From the NCBI GenBank assembly GCA_018398765.1, contig JAHBMJ010000245.1, forward strand, positions 1 through 64,000: DNA of 64,000 nucleotides, written 5' to 3'. Under the pieces are notes generated by a model that made no database searches, was not told where the DNA came from, and saw only the letters and a program-made list of their open reading frames with translations. This DNA comes from Chromera velia. Its lineage: Eukaryota. This document shows positions 12,346 through 26,632 of this stretch, piece by piece. Made by a program: the position numbers and the translations under genes. Each line of letters begins with the position of its first letter. Position 1 is the first letter of the stretch.

Positions 12346-12737
12346 TGTCTATCTGTCGCCAGAGCTACATCTGAGCCCTGCACCGGGTCCCCGGCCCGCC
12401 CCCATGCATGCATGGGACGGAACCGCGCGTACGGCCGGCCGCGGTGCCGCTGCTGGCGGGAGCTTTGAAATGCTTTGAATGACTCGATGCATGTACGTCT
12501 TTTAATTGTGGCACTATATAGGTCGAGGTTCGGGTTCTTTAATTGCGTTGCGGAAAGAATATATTGGTGCTGCAAAGGTGCAGAACCGTGCCGTGTTGTA
12601 AAGCAGTGCCATCGTTGGCTTGCCACTTGATGTTGATGAGAAGACTGGCAGCAAGTCCTTCCATCTACGAGGTCCTTCTCGTCTTTTAGCACTCTGCAAC
12701 ACTGTTGCAACACTTCCAACAACAGTCAACAACACAC

Positions 12738-14798
12738 ATGAGTAGCAATCCAGTGAACATGTCGTTCAGTGTGCCGGATACTGTGTACACATCTACAGCA
12801 CATCCGTCAGACTCCCTTGCGAGCACAGGAGGCGTCAAGTGCAAAAGGGGACAGGAAGCTGAGAAGGTCCGAAATGTGAGCTTGCATGTTGCTTTGGTTT
12901 CATTCCGTTGTTCAGATTCCACTGAACGTTGTGCATGCAGCGCCGCTGAACGCATGCAGGTTACCTCTGTTGCTTCAGCTCTCCTCCCCCCCCTGGTAGG
13001 GAAGTGGGGGTCTTCAGTTGGCAGCAGCCCACCTCCTTCCAGTTCCTCTCCCTCTACTGCAAGGCGAGGCGTTCGTGTGGGGATTGAGGCCCTTCAGAAG
13101 CAGGAGAAGGAGAGAGAGGTTGCGGGTCAAAAGGAAAAACAAAAACAGCACAAGAGAGAGCAAAACGGAGAGCCCAACCTGGAGAAAAAGAGAGAAAAGA
13201 AGGCGGAGGCGAAGGAGGAGAACCGAAAAGGTGCCAACAGCTTCGCTGGAGGCAGTGACAAGAAAAGGAAGGACAAGGGAGTTTTTAAGGGTTATTCAAA
13301 GGGTGTGAACAACGACAAGACAAAGCAGAAAAAGCCATGATTTGTCCGATTCTCATATCAGAAACACCAACACAGAGAAGGATAAAGGCAAAAGGAAGAG
13401 TTGGTCATCCTCTTCCTCGTCCAGATCTGCCGTCACGCCCTCAAAGTCTTCTAGTCAGACGCATATCACCTCCCTTTTCTCGAAGGGGGGGAAAGAAAAG
13501 ATGTCCGACGCAGAACTCCTCTCAAAGCGTCCCGGTGCTTCGCCTTCTCGCACTGCCGCTGCAGCATCAGATGGGCATACAAAGCCCTCCAAGGTGAATC
13601 TTGTGAAGTCCAATCAGCACAAGGAAGATGGGGTCGTTGTCAAAACACTCTCCCGTAAAAAAGAGCAAAAGCCCACCCCTCAGCCAGATGTGTCGTTTCC
13701 AGTGGAGGACTCTCTTCTCTCCGATGGCAACTTGCAACAGCAACAGGGGCACGGACGTATTCCAAAAGAGCTGGTCGGTCGGTCGGTCCGGCATGGGTAG
13801 ACTGATTGTCAGATTGCAAAGTGAGTTTCCTATTTCTTTTTTTGTTTTTGCATTCAGTTCCAGCCCAGGGCCCGTGTCCTGTTTGCGTATCTGTGAATGC
13901 TCGAAGCCTGACTGCGTGCGTTGCTGAGATGATTTTGGAACTGTGCTGTCGCACTCTTCTTTTTCGTGTAACGATGTGTGAAAGGATGCAACATGGCCAG
14001 AGAACAGTTCTGCCTTGTAGAAGCATTTTCTTCTTTATCCACCACTGGCATCTCTATTGTCTTCCTGTACTTGTGAGGGACTGAACGTACGTGTAAGTGT
14101 GCGTATCCTTGGGAATCGAGCAGGCGAATCGTGTCTATAGAACGAGTGAGTGATCAAAAGATCAAGGTATGTTTGTGATGGTGTGCATACGTGCAGTGCG
14201 AAGTCTCGGAGAACTCCTCGGATTTGTTTGCGGGTCTCGGACTGAAGGAGACGCCCTCCACAAGCACAGACCTGAAGGCTCTCTGCTCCACTTTGCGGGT
14301 CGGTCCTGCATCAATGCAGAAGTGCGAGCGGCATCCTTTCAGTAAGTGCTTCCATGGAGACGGCGCGAAAATCAATCTTCTCATTCAAATTTCTGCAGGA
14401 CACCCCATCTCTTTCACTTCGTGCAGGAGAAAAAGGGAAAAAAGGAGCTGAAGAAGAGAATATCGGAAATACGGCCAATTCCATGGAAGAGGAGGGGTGA
14501 GCCAATCAGACAGGAAGAGGAATTTGGAATGCACAGTACAAGCTGAATGAGGAATTCTAAACGGCGTTGCTGACCGTCTGTTTGCTTCGTCTTCCGTCTT
14601 TTCCCTTATTCAGTGTGTGACTCCGTCGATCCGTCCGTTGGTTGGTTGGTACGCGTGCGTGTATTTGTGAGCATTGGGCCTGCGTGCCCATATTGTCCGA
14701 GGGACCGTATCGCGATTTGGTCTTTTTGTTCTTCCTGTCTTGCTTTGTCCAGTGTGTACACAAAAAGCGCAAGAGAGGAGAAGAAAAGAAACGTAGAG

Positions 14799-14837
<39 letters not shown>

Positions 14838-15166
14838 GTCTATCTGTCCCTGTCTGCCTGTTGGTCCAAAAAAGGAATTTATACTTTTGTACCCGATGCG
14901 AGTGTCTCCGAATTGTTTTTGTGCCTTTGCAGATAGGGAATTTGGAAGGATCTTCTTGTCCGGGATGAGGCCAGCGATGAAGAAAATGAAACTGGTCAGT
15001 CTCCACGGGAATGAAACTTTCTTTCGAGAAGAAACATGACATCAAAGGTTTATGGACGATCCACCCGGCTAAGATTTTCATCCCTTGGAGCTTTACACAT
15101 TTGGGCTTCTGACGATAGTCCCAATCGAAGCATCAGTGTTTCTATGGTGATTGCGCTCTGGCTGTA

Positions 15167-15203
<37 letters not shown>

Positions 15204-15301
15204 TTGTATGTGTGTGTCGATCTCTGTGTGTGTGTATGTGTCTGTGTGTGCGTGCGTGCGTGCGTGTGTGCACGTGAATGTGTGCGTGTGTGTGTGTGTG
15301 T

Positions 15302-15336
<35 letters not shown>

Positions 15337-15351
15337 TGTGAGTGCGAGTGC

Positions 15352-15388
<37 letters not shown>

Positions 15389-15467
15389 AGTGTGCACGTG
15401 AATGTGTGCGTGTGTGTGTGTGTGTGTCTGTCTGTGTGTGTGTGTGTGTGTGTGTGAGTGCGAGTGC

Positions 15468-15508
<41 letters not shown>

Positions 15509-15562
15509 AGTGTGTGCGTGAGTGTGTGCCTGTGTGCGTGCGTGTGTGTATGTGTGTGTGTA

Positions 15563-15599
<37 letters not shown>

Positions 15600-17436
15600 G
15601 TGTATGTGTGTGTGTGTGCGTGTGTGGGAGCGTGACCGTGAGCGCATGCATGTGCATGTGTGCGTCCGTGCGTGAGCGTGTGCGTCCGAGTGTCCGTATG
15701 CGTGTGGATGCGTTAAACTTTGTTCTCGTTGCCACACGTACAGTAGAATATTCGTGACTACACAGGAAAAAGAGGGAGAGTTGAAGCTCTCTTGTTCGGT
15801 GTGTGTGGTGGCGCAGTACGGGAGCGTCTGTTAGCATCTATCGCTCATCACGCTCCTCTCGACCCTTGCATTCAGATAGCCAGGAAAATTAGTTGACCAG
15901 TGCTGGTCTGCTCATCGTATGACAATTTCCCCTGCTTACGGACTTTCATCGCGCTAGTGCACTCATGTTCCCTTTGTGTTCAATGCAGATCAAGAGAAAC
16001 ATCAGATTGGTTGTAACTTGCAACAGAGATCGTAACAACGGGAAGGCAGTCAAGCAGACAACGACTCTTGAGCGTTTGGGGATCCGGCAGGAGCGTCTTC
16101 AGCTCTGTGATGATTCTGCACAGGTAGGTCCGTTGGTGAAAAGAAACGCTTGCGAATTTGGTTCCTATGCCGCCGATTGGATTCAACCTTGAAACGCACA
16201 TCAACGATAGACATCATGTTCGTGTTTGCACAGTGAACCACAAAAATCTAGTAAACTCTATTGGATTCCACAGGAGGGCTTTGACATAATTTGCCCCCCC
16301 AAGTCGAGAATTTTCCGAAGGGAGGGATCTGACACATGATCGGACGGGCTGCATATATACTCCTGGCTGACGTTTGCTTAATTGTGCTTTTGTTCGATCT
16401 CTTTCGATCATGCAGTGGTTGGACTTCTGGGGATCTCTGGCTGGTCCCATGGCAAGAATTGACGAGACTCTTCAGAAGGTTCGTTGTTCACTCTGTCAGT
16501 ATGGCAGTAGAAGCTTCTAGTTGTTTTGGATGGCCCAGAAATATGATCTGGAAGAGATTCTCGTTGAGTCACTGATCACGGAGGCAACTGAAGAACTGCA
16601 GACATTTGTTTGCAAGCTCTGACCTCAAAAGTGATTTTTCATTTGTGCAAAGCAAGACTCTGTCTGTCTGTTTTTGCTTCTGTGCGTACAAATCTATCTC
16701 ATGTACGCATACATTTTTCCTCTTTAAGTTACACGTTTGTGGGCTTTTCCTTTAGTTAGGGTGAAGTGGAGAAGACAGATTGAACAGATAAGAAAATCAT
16801 TCGGGGAGAGAAGAAATCAAAAATGCCATCTTTGTGTTTGCATGCAATGAGTGATGAATGAGTGCAGAGAGAGAACGTCTTGGTACACTGCCAGAAAGGG
16901 ATATCGCGCTCAGCGGCTAGGAAACTCATTCATTCCGCTTTGATTTAATTTCCTGGATGACCGGAGTCATGTGTCCGTGCCAATTCTTTCTTTCATCCTA
17001 GCTGTCTCGTGCTTTTGTCTACTGAGGATTTTTGATTGAAACCTTTTGTCGCTGGGACTCTTCAGAGATTCGACAGCATTTCCACCCAGAGAGATGCTTG
17101 CACCTGTTGCTCACTGATCGAATGTGCGGGTCGTGTATTTCAATTCGTCTTTTGACTTAAACCTTCTCCTTCTTCAGTCATGTGTACATGCATGCATTCT
17201 ATGTCGCTAGCTGAAGGGACGACTGCATGCCTACTGAAAGCCTTGCAACACATCTGGACGGAATCGAGTTGCAGGCGTACCTGATGGAGTATCAGGAAAT
17301 GTCTCTGGATAAGGCGTCAAAGCTGATAAGGTCCTGCCGAGATTTTGTGCGCCCGAACAAGAACTTCCAGGAGCAACTGGAGGAATTCCATAAATGTTTG
17401 GCCAGCATGGGGAAGACCTGTTTTGGAGGGTGCTGA
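12738..17436 (+). CDS. Dual-specificity protein phosphatase (DUSP) with long low-complexity N-terminus; multi-exon; apparent frameshift at about 13333; may extend by further exons to about 19468
   Basis: Exons encode [14 protein letters not shown] (14933-14994), [21 protein letters not shown] (15989-16123), catalytic [15 protein letters not shown] (16871-16918, HCxxGxSRS) and [22 protein letters not shown] (17275-17436). Upstream exons (12738-, 12960-13773, 14197-, 14399-) have AG/GT ends. Additional exon-like pieces lie at about 17662, 18061, 18470 and 19376. Confidence 0.85.
15168..15705. repeat. Intronic (GT)n-rich compound microsatellite
   Basis: Directly visible. Confidence 0.95.
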
Positions 17437-20297
17437 TTGCTGAGTCTCCCACTCAACGGCATGTCTTTGAGAATGACTGTCCGTTCGTTTCCCCGATTTC
17501 TCTGTCTTGCTCTGTGCCCCCACAGGCCCGCCTTTCTTTCGTTTTTCCTTCGTTTTGTTTTTCCGCCTGCCTTGTTTCTTTGTTCCACTCCTTCTTTTGT
17601 TCGAATCTTTTCTCATCTTAAGAAAAGTCTGCAAGTATGTACACGTACGCCGTCCGTGCAGGAAGCAAAGCGAGAACACCGGTGTGAGGACAGAGACGAC
17701 TCCGACATCGAAACTCTGGATGTGAGTCCGCAGTGATACCCTACACCCCATCCATGTATGACAGAAAGGAATCGTTGTGGTGTGATGTGCAGTCAGCTTT
17801 TTTCTCCCAGTCTGTCTCTGATTCCCTTTATGGTTATTAGTTTGATCGTTTGATACTGAAAAAAAGCACATGACTTTGTTGATGAATTCAAAGACTGTCT
17901 GACTTACTTGAGTGAAGAATGATCAGCCTCTTTGGAGCTCTGTGCGGTCTGGATGAAGCAAGTCAATGAACGGCTTCAGTGCGTTCCCGTGAGGGAGCTG
18001 AAGAAAACAACCTTCCTAGAAAATTCTGTGCATCGGCGCCGATCAATTAATTGTCTGCAGAACAAGCGGAAGAGGAAGTTCGACAAGATGTCCACTGAAG
18101 CAGCCCCTGAAGCCCTCCGACAAGGAAATGACGATAATGGGCTCAGTGACGTCTCACTCCAACACGAGGTGAGCAACATCACCCAAATCGCACTGTGCTT
18201 CAGCCTGCTGAGTCCAATGGAAGAAGTTTTATTTCATCAGACGTGAAATAAAAGAAGAGAAACGGTGGTGATTCGCATGCGGGTGCTGACGGAGTTACTG
18301 TATGAAAGACGAGACAAAGAGGCGATTTCGGTCGCAGTTGGTTGTGAAGCGATAACAACCAGCTTTACAAGAACGTATGAAGAGAATACGAGAACGGACA
18401 AGGGCTTTCCCGCCGAACATTCTCTTCTTTCCAATTGGTGCACAAGAAATCCCTTCACCTCCCTCTACAGGTTGCAGGTCTCTCGAAAGAAATACGAAAC
18501 GACCGGTGGAAACGCCTCAAAGTGGAAACAAAAGAAGGCGGCAAAGCTGAAAGAGGAGAAAGAAAGGTGGGTTGTGTCTGTACTTCAGCTTATGTGCTTG
18601 TCTGTACACAAAGCAGTCGAACAACTCATGTGCATTTGCAAGGCGGTGGCCCACTTATCCTCATCACCGGTACCAGTCTGGTCGTTGCAGTCCTCCGGAC
18701 AGCCATCCTGCCTTCGGGTTGCGATGAGATCAGAAAAGCATCCGCTATGTCGTATCCACCGGCTTTGCACTTAAGTGACACCTGGTAGCTTCAGCCGTTC
18801 CGCGATTGATCGACTTTTGTGAGCGTATCATTACTCGATTCTCGTCTGACAGCTCGGTTTTCGTTTGTGGACTCGGCTGTCTTTTTGCTTACGGCCAAAT
18901 GTTGCACGGTGATGCGTGCGGCTGCCTCACACAGTTGAAAACTAAATGGCTGAGTGGTTGGCAAATATGAAGAGCAACAGAGCTTCCAGGATAACTTAAG
19001 GAATGGAAAGAAGTCTCATTCAGATTTCTTCCTCATGCACATTGAGTGTCGATGCACAAAAGAGATACAATGGGAAGTCAAGCACTTTTCATTCAGTCTC
19101 TGTGACTTCGTTTTCCTCTTCTTTTTCTTTCCTTTTGGAGTATCTCTCACTGTTAATTTCCTGATTGATTCTTCTGAGCGTTTCGTCGGTTCTTTTCAAA
19201 AATGCCACTTTGGCTTCTTCCTTTCGCTCTCCACATTATGTGGAATGCTTCGTCGTTGTATGAATCGACAGATACAATCGCGTCGTGGTCGACATGATGC
19301 CTGCCTCTGTATTCCATCACTGATTCTCGCGCGCCATTGCAGCAGATTGATTCCCCTCTCTCTGTTGCATGCAGGCAGCACGTCGCGAAGAAGATCAGAA
19401 AAGTCCCCAAGATGTCTGAAAGCGAAAAAAAAAAAATTAAGGGGGCTCGACAGAGTGGGACTTCTTAGGCGTCTTTCGACTGATAAAATGCAAGGATGGC
19501 GCCAACTCCAGGAAGTGCAGATCATTTTAGTCTGGTTTGTCATAAGCAGGCTTATAGCAGCATAGATACAGACGTAGCAAAGTTTCTTATCAGTGACAAC
19601 CAGTCATCATTCATACGATTTATTATGCCCAATGGATAATAGCATAAATATTGGTTATGCAAACAATCTTAAACACCAGATATTTAGTATTCAGTATCAT
19701 GATTCCACTGGCAGTAAGGTATGTAAAATGTAGCTTATTTCATGTATACGGTGTACCAATAAGTTGAATATCTGATTAAATGTTATAATGATCCTTCTAT
19801 CATTACAAATTAAACATAAAGTGTCAATGTATCACAAACGTCACACTGGCAAAGTTTGCATCCATAAATATAATATAGCGTAAAAAATGATGAATGCGCA
19901 TTATAATTGTATAGTACTACTAAAACCGTCTCAGGTCCGTCTGTGACTAGGTTTGTAAGACTGCATATCACTCAGGCTATCGACGTCACGGTCATTAAAT
20001 ATGGGTATGAGCTAAACATGAATTTATATAAATAATATTATTTACATTCATTTGAATGCATAGTTGAATGCTATAATTATTAGCAATATAAAAAGACTAC
20101 AATTTATATGTTAAAATGTAGACTATGTGGTTCGAGGTCAAAGCCCTGAACTTACGAAATGTGAAGCCAAACAATTTTGTCGTTGACAGTTCTGTTGCCA
20201 CTGAATTGCTATGCTTATCTTATTTGCTGCTTAGCTGTCCTGTAGAAGGTGCCAGATCCGTCTCTCTGCATTCTTTTTTCGGTCCTCGTGAGAAGAA

Positions 20298-23200
20298 TCA
20301 GCGGGGTGGGGGTGCGAACCGTCCACGCGTTCCTCCTCTCCCCGCCCTACCACCTGACGGGGAAGGGCTGCGACGCCCGCCGGACCTCCCACCTCTGCTA
20401 GCCCCTCCCCCAACACGCACACCCGGGGACATGGGACGACGACTGCCCGGTCTCCCGCTTCCTCCCCCACGTCCCCTGCCGGGCCCCGCAGGCCGAGACC
20501 CGGACCGCCCTCCTCCTGCCATCGGGCGCCCTCTTCCGCTTCCTCTGGCTCCCCCTCCTCCCCTCTGACGACTGCGCGAGACACCACGAGGAGGAGACGG
20601 GGTGCGAGACGGAGGACCCCCAGGGACCTGCAAACTCTGCTGCATCACATCACCAGAATTGGTAGCGGACCTCACAAACGCCCTCTCGACATCATCCACC
20701 CCCATCTCTCCTCCCGACCTCGTCTGATCTCCCACGGTCCTCTTGCCTGCCGACCGATCTGTTCGGCGTCCCGGTCGAGAAGCAGAGCGAGAACGAGACG
20801 GCGACCCACTCCTGCCCCCCCTTGCACTACGCCCCCTGCCTCGAGACCTATCCTGTCTCCCCCTGCCCTTCCTCCAGGACCGAGAGCGCGTTCTTGCCGT
20901 CTCCTCTGCAATAGAGTCCGCTCGTGAGTGGGTGCTGAAAAGCGCAGTCGAGGTGCGAGTAAGGAGACCGTTAGCACGTGCCGCCTCTTCATCTGCAGAT
21001 TTCAGCTTCATCAGTTGTCGTGCTTTCTGCTTGGATCCCGGAAGAGGAGATCTTCCTCGCTTTCCGGGACCACCTCCGACCTTCACGGCAGTGACTCCGT
21101 CAGGAGACTGCAACAAGATCGCGTCCTCCTTCTCCTCATCTTTGTCCTTCCCCCCCCCCTTGCCGAACATTGCTTCAAGGAAGCGGGCCCGAAGGTCGTC
21201 GTCCCCAGCGGCGTGGCCCCGAATCTCCGCTGCAGGCATGCAATTAAGGGTTTCTTTAACAAGAGAACTCTGCTGTAAGCAGGTGAGGCAAACTTCAGAT
21301 GGGCAGGAAGGAACCGTCCGAGAAGAGAAAAGAGATACACAGAGCCCGTCCATTCCCCGGTCGGCTAGGAATTCAGTCACCGAGAGCGTTTGGATTTGTT
21401 TTTTGCTGCCTTAAGGACTTCATATGCAATTCTCGGAAAAGCCTCATGGATGAATCAGAAACAGAAGGGAGGCACGCAGCATTTCAGCATTGATTCCTGT
21501 CTCCTCCCTCCGACCTGCTGCCTTGAGAAGGTTGATTTTTTCTCTGTACGCCGCAATGCCCTCAGAGCGGAATTTCATCTCTAGGGACCAGTCGAACACG
21601 GGGGAGAGCTGCATGGAAAGAAGAAAAAAAGAAAATTCACTCATGATTCAGTACCAGGAACAAATGAGAGTTTTGTGCGGGTTTGACAAACTTTATTCTG
21701 AGGCTCAACATGAGAATGGGGAGACCCCCAGGAACAAGACGAAGGAAGGAGAGCCACAGAAACTGGGGCCACCTTACCCAAGCAGAAGTTGTTGCAAACA
21801 CACAACATATGAACAGGGACTGGCTGGCGGTCTGACTGATTGACTAACTCATTGCATACTTAACGCTCAGAGAGAGAGATGGACAGAGAGAAACCATGTC
21901 TATCTATCTGCAGACTGACCTGATCTGAGGGGATCTTGTGAAGCTCTGAGAGTTTGACATGACGAGTGGATCTCCTCACTTTTGGCATCTCGTAACGCGG
22001 TCTGCATGGAGGAGAAAGGAGACGACTCTCCAGGTCAACTAACACATCAGTGTTGTTAGCGTGATTCTTTTTTTTTTTTTTTGACACGAGTGTAGTCTGG
22101 GAACTTGTCGTTACTCGACAGAACAGAATCAAGAGCACATATTTGTAAAGATAGGACCTTGTATTGGACTCTCCAGCTCTGAAGCATAGAAGGGCTACGA
22201 ATTCTCTTGTCTGTCTGCCATGTCACCTGTCAGTGGCCTGCTGCTGGTGAAGCCCCTGCATTTGTTCCCTCCTTCCTTGTCATTCTGCCACTCACACACC
22301 ACAGCAAGACAGACAAACAGATGAATACAAAAAGACACAAAAGGGCCAAACATCCATGCATCTGTCCCTCCAAGGACAGACAGACAGACAGACAGGCAGG
22401 CGGACAGGTGTACATGCAGACAGACGAACAGACAAAAGGACAGACAGACAGACAGACCTGAAGGAGGCCATGTCGGAGAACCAATCCAGCTGCACAGAAA
22501 TAAGTGCAGAGAGAAAGACGATTTGGAGTGAAGGGCGACCCCTCCAGAGATTGAACGCACACCAGTTCCTCGAAAGGAGCGGCAAAAGGCAGTGCAGGCA
22601 GCACAAGCCTCCAGTGTGTTTGTTTGTTGGGAGAGACAAACGGATCTCCGTAGAGAAAAATCTATTTGAAAAGGGCGTAGAGAGACCAAAAGAGACGCAG
22701 CCACGCAGGCAGACTGACTCACCAGAGCTTCTGCCTTTTTCGTCTTCAGACCAAATTTGTCCTCCTCATTTTCCGGTTCCTTTTCCTTCTCTTTCCCCTT
22801 CTTCTTTGCATCCTTGTCCTTGTCCTGTCCGCCCTGTTTGTTCTCCATCCTGTCCAATTTCCCGACGTGGTGGGGGCACTTCTCTGCACCGGTAGGTGTC
22901 AATCGAAGAGGAAGAAAATTGATGGGTAGGGGAGAAAACGGGGGGCCGCGTGTATGGAAAGGTGCATCTGACAAACTACATGACAGCATCTTATGCCAAC
23001 CAGCAAAGACACACTAGAAAACAGACAGGTGAGCGATAAGGGAGACTCCAATGGAAGTCTGAATGCATGCATGGCAAAGCGAAACTTCTGATACAGCTTG
23101 ATTGACGCCAAACGGATGGTATGTCTCTTTTCTCTCTTCCCGACAGAAAAAAACGGCTTTTTCCTTGGCGGCATGTCGCTCGATGCCCCAACGTACCTAG

Positions 23201-24117
23201 TCTCCTTCTCATGGTCGATTCAAACTCCTCTCTGGCGCTCCTGATGGGGCAGGACCCAGCCTCGCATGTCACGTCCACTGTGGCAGCTGCACGCACATAT
23301 GGGGAAACATAAGAGGAAAGAAAGACAACGAAAGGGAGGAGGTCTTCGGACACCGAGACACAGATGGAGAGGGGACTTCTGACACACAAGAAAACAGATA
23401 GACAGATTCAAAGACCAACTCACTGACCTGGACATCAACTTAGCACGATGAAAAGGGGTAAGAAAGATGCATAAGAGAAAACCAAAAAAAAAGGAAGAGG
23501 GAAAAAAAGAAGCGAAACTGAAGTCTGTCGCCGCAAACAGCAGAACCAGACGCAGAAGACGAAGTTAGGGATCAGTGAAAGGCAGAAAGAAACCGAAATG
23601 AAAACAAAAAGAGGAGAGAACACAAAAATCCGACGGAGAATCCACTTTTCTTTACTGTCTCTCTTCTTTTCTGTTCCCTCGTCTTCTCTCCCCTCTTCTA
23701 TGCTTTCTGTCCCAACCCCCTTCACCACACATCCCCCGCAAAATAGAAACAAACCTTCAACGTCCTCTGTCACTTTTGCTGCAATGGCCGCTCTCAGAAT
23801 TCCATTCTGCAATGAGGGAGGGCAACATTGTTGACTTTGTTTGGAAAGCAAAAACCTACAGATACTTGCGCCTGTTATAAACGTGCATTGGAAGCACGGA
23901 AGAAGTCAAAGACGCAGCCTCACCCGAGGCGTCGTTCAATGCAGGCCGGCAGCATGACCGGTCTCTTTTCTTTCTGCAACACCCCCCAACGAAACCAGCG
24001 GATCTTTCTGTGTTTCTGTCTGCATGTGCCTGTCCCCCTTCTCTGACGAACCTCATCTCCATAAGGGTCGAGTGCCTTCTTCGTGTCGTAGAGGAATCTG
24101 AGGACCTCTGCAATCAT

Positions 24118-24182
<65 letters not shown>

Positions 24183-25271
24183 GAGACACAGAGAGAGAGA
24201 GGGAGAGACAAGAGAGAGAGACATAGACAGAGTAGGAGAGACACAGAGAGAGGGAGGGAGGGTCGGTACGAGGATCCGTCACGCAGGCAGCCAAAGTCTG
24301 CCGAAAAAGCATCCTATCAGTAAGTCGTTAGTCCGTTGGTTACTGCTGAGTCTTATGAGCCAGTGAGTCCATGCGTGACATTTCGGTGACTGCAGTCAGC
24401 CATGCAGAGTGACTGCATCAAAGGAACTCCCTCGCTCACTCGCTAACTCACCTTTCCCTTCAGGCCTTCTAGTGAGCCACCGATAGACAGCCAGGCGGAC
24501 GTCCTTGGTGACTTCCATCCCGTTCAGATTGGAGAGACGGGGACACGCAGCCACGCAGAAAGCTTCGGCCTGCATGACAGAAGAAGCAAGAGGAAAACAT
24601 AAGAACAAGTGGAAGGGCAAGATGAAAAAGAAAAAAAAAAGAAGAGGAAAATGGACTCAAAGCCTTTTGCACACAGACGCGAAACAGAGCAGAAGAACAG
24701 AGAGGATAAGAACAGACGGATTGTGGTAATGGAAAATGCGGGTTGAGAAAGGAGAGACAGAACGAGAAGGGGGCGGAGAGAGAGAAAGACAGAGAGATAT
24801 TGACTTTCCCTTACTTTTTCCGCTCGTGGCTGTCCCCTACGAGACTCTCCGTCCGCAAACTTCCCACCCAACTAACTACACAAACAGCAAAGAAACGCTC
24901 AAACAAACAAACAAACCTGCAAGTCTAGACAGAAATTGTTTCCCTCCACCTGTAGAGCGACCAGCTTTCTCATCTGCACAAGTTCCACCAGACTCCCGAG
25001 TCCACTGCATGATTTATTATCAATTCATCCAGTTTGTCATCCGATCGTGTTTCCCCACATACAAATAGAATTGTAGGCAGGCAGAAAATGTGTCCGCCGC
25101 ACAAGAAAGATTGAACGCCCTCTTTGAGGCATTGCAGACAGCGAACGAAACAAGTATGGCACTTTCACTTTTGTGCATCACCAGGTACACAAACAACAGA
25201 CAAGAAAATGAAGGAGTGCTTGAGTAGACACGAGAAAGAAGTCACGTTATCCAGTCTTCTTCTTTTTTGCC

Positions 25272-25338
<67 letters not shown>

Positions 25339-25395
25339 ACGACAGTCAGACAGACAGACAAACACTGTCAGGCAGATAGACACAGAGACAGACAC

Positions 25396-25426
<31 letters not shown>

Positions 25427-26582
25427 AACCGACAGGCAGACAGACTATATGTTTCTTCTTCTTCTCCCTCCTTTTCTTCATGAACACAACAGACAAAAAG
25501 AAAGAAAAAACTAAGACAAAAGAACAGAACCAACAATCAAACAACGTGGGCAGGCAGGCAGGCAGACGCACCAGAGTTTGTTCTTTGCCACATTGAGGTG
25601 TGTGAGGCCTCTGGCACAATGCGTGTCCCTGAGGCCCCTGAGACTCGTCAGGCTGTTGTCCTCTAGGTTCAACTTCTCCAGGGCTGGCAGGCTCTGGAGG
25701 TTGCACAACTGCACTCTCTCATGCATGAGAGTACTCTTTTTGTATTCATTCATTGATACCATTTTCTTCCATAGATAGCGTGTTGTTTCTTCCCGGCGGG
25801 TCATTGTACCGTCCTGTATGTGCCTGTGTGTGTGAGAGAGGATGCAACGAGAAAGATCGCAACGCACTGCAGCAACATCCTAACGTTAGCGCCTGGTAAG
25901 ATGACGTACGTTTCTCTCTCTCAACACGCCCCCCCCACCCCCTTACCTTCTGTATGCAGTTCCTGCTGAGGTCCAGACTTCGGAGCACAGGGAACCCCGA
26001 GAGGAGAGCCCCGTTTAGCTCGGATAGCTGCACGATCGGAAAAATGAAATTGACAGAGAAAGAGGGAGAAGAAGGGGAACACAGACAAAAAGAGATTCAG
26101 CCCCGACACTTACAAACAGAATAGAAGAAAGGGCCCTTCATTCAGCCCTGACACTTACGAACATCACAGAAGAAAGGGCTCTGCTTTCCTCTCAAATCGC
26201 GTACCAAGAATCTGGAGATCCTTGTGCTTGATAGAAAATAAAACGAAAATATAGAGTAGGTCCAGTCAGTCTTTTGCTATCCTTTCCTTTCCACGGGGCT
26301 GTCTGTCAGAGGCTGCTGACCTGATTGTCTTTGAGGTTGACGTGCTCGGCGTGTGCAAAGAAGCTGAAGGACTCCTCTGGAACTCTCACCTGAAGGAGTG
26401 AAGAGAAGATTTTGATGGACTGATGGACTGAAAGAGTGACTGGTTGATTGGTTGCTTGCTTGCACCACTTACTGGCGGACGGACTGACCAGGGGAGTGTG
26501 TCAGTCAGTGAGTGAGTGACGGACTGACGGACTGACCGACTGACTGACTGACAAATTGACTTGACTGAAGAATTGACCCACA

Positions 26583-26632
<50 letters not shown>

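Noticed and set aside
26582..26632. (GATT)n tract as another LINE tail
   Set aside because: It lacks the adjoining GATATGTTCCGCCCTAGG end. It is a simple intronic microsatellite.
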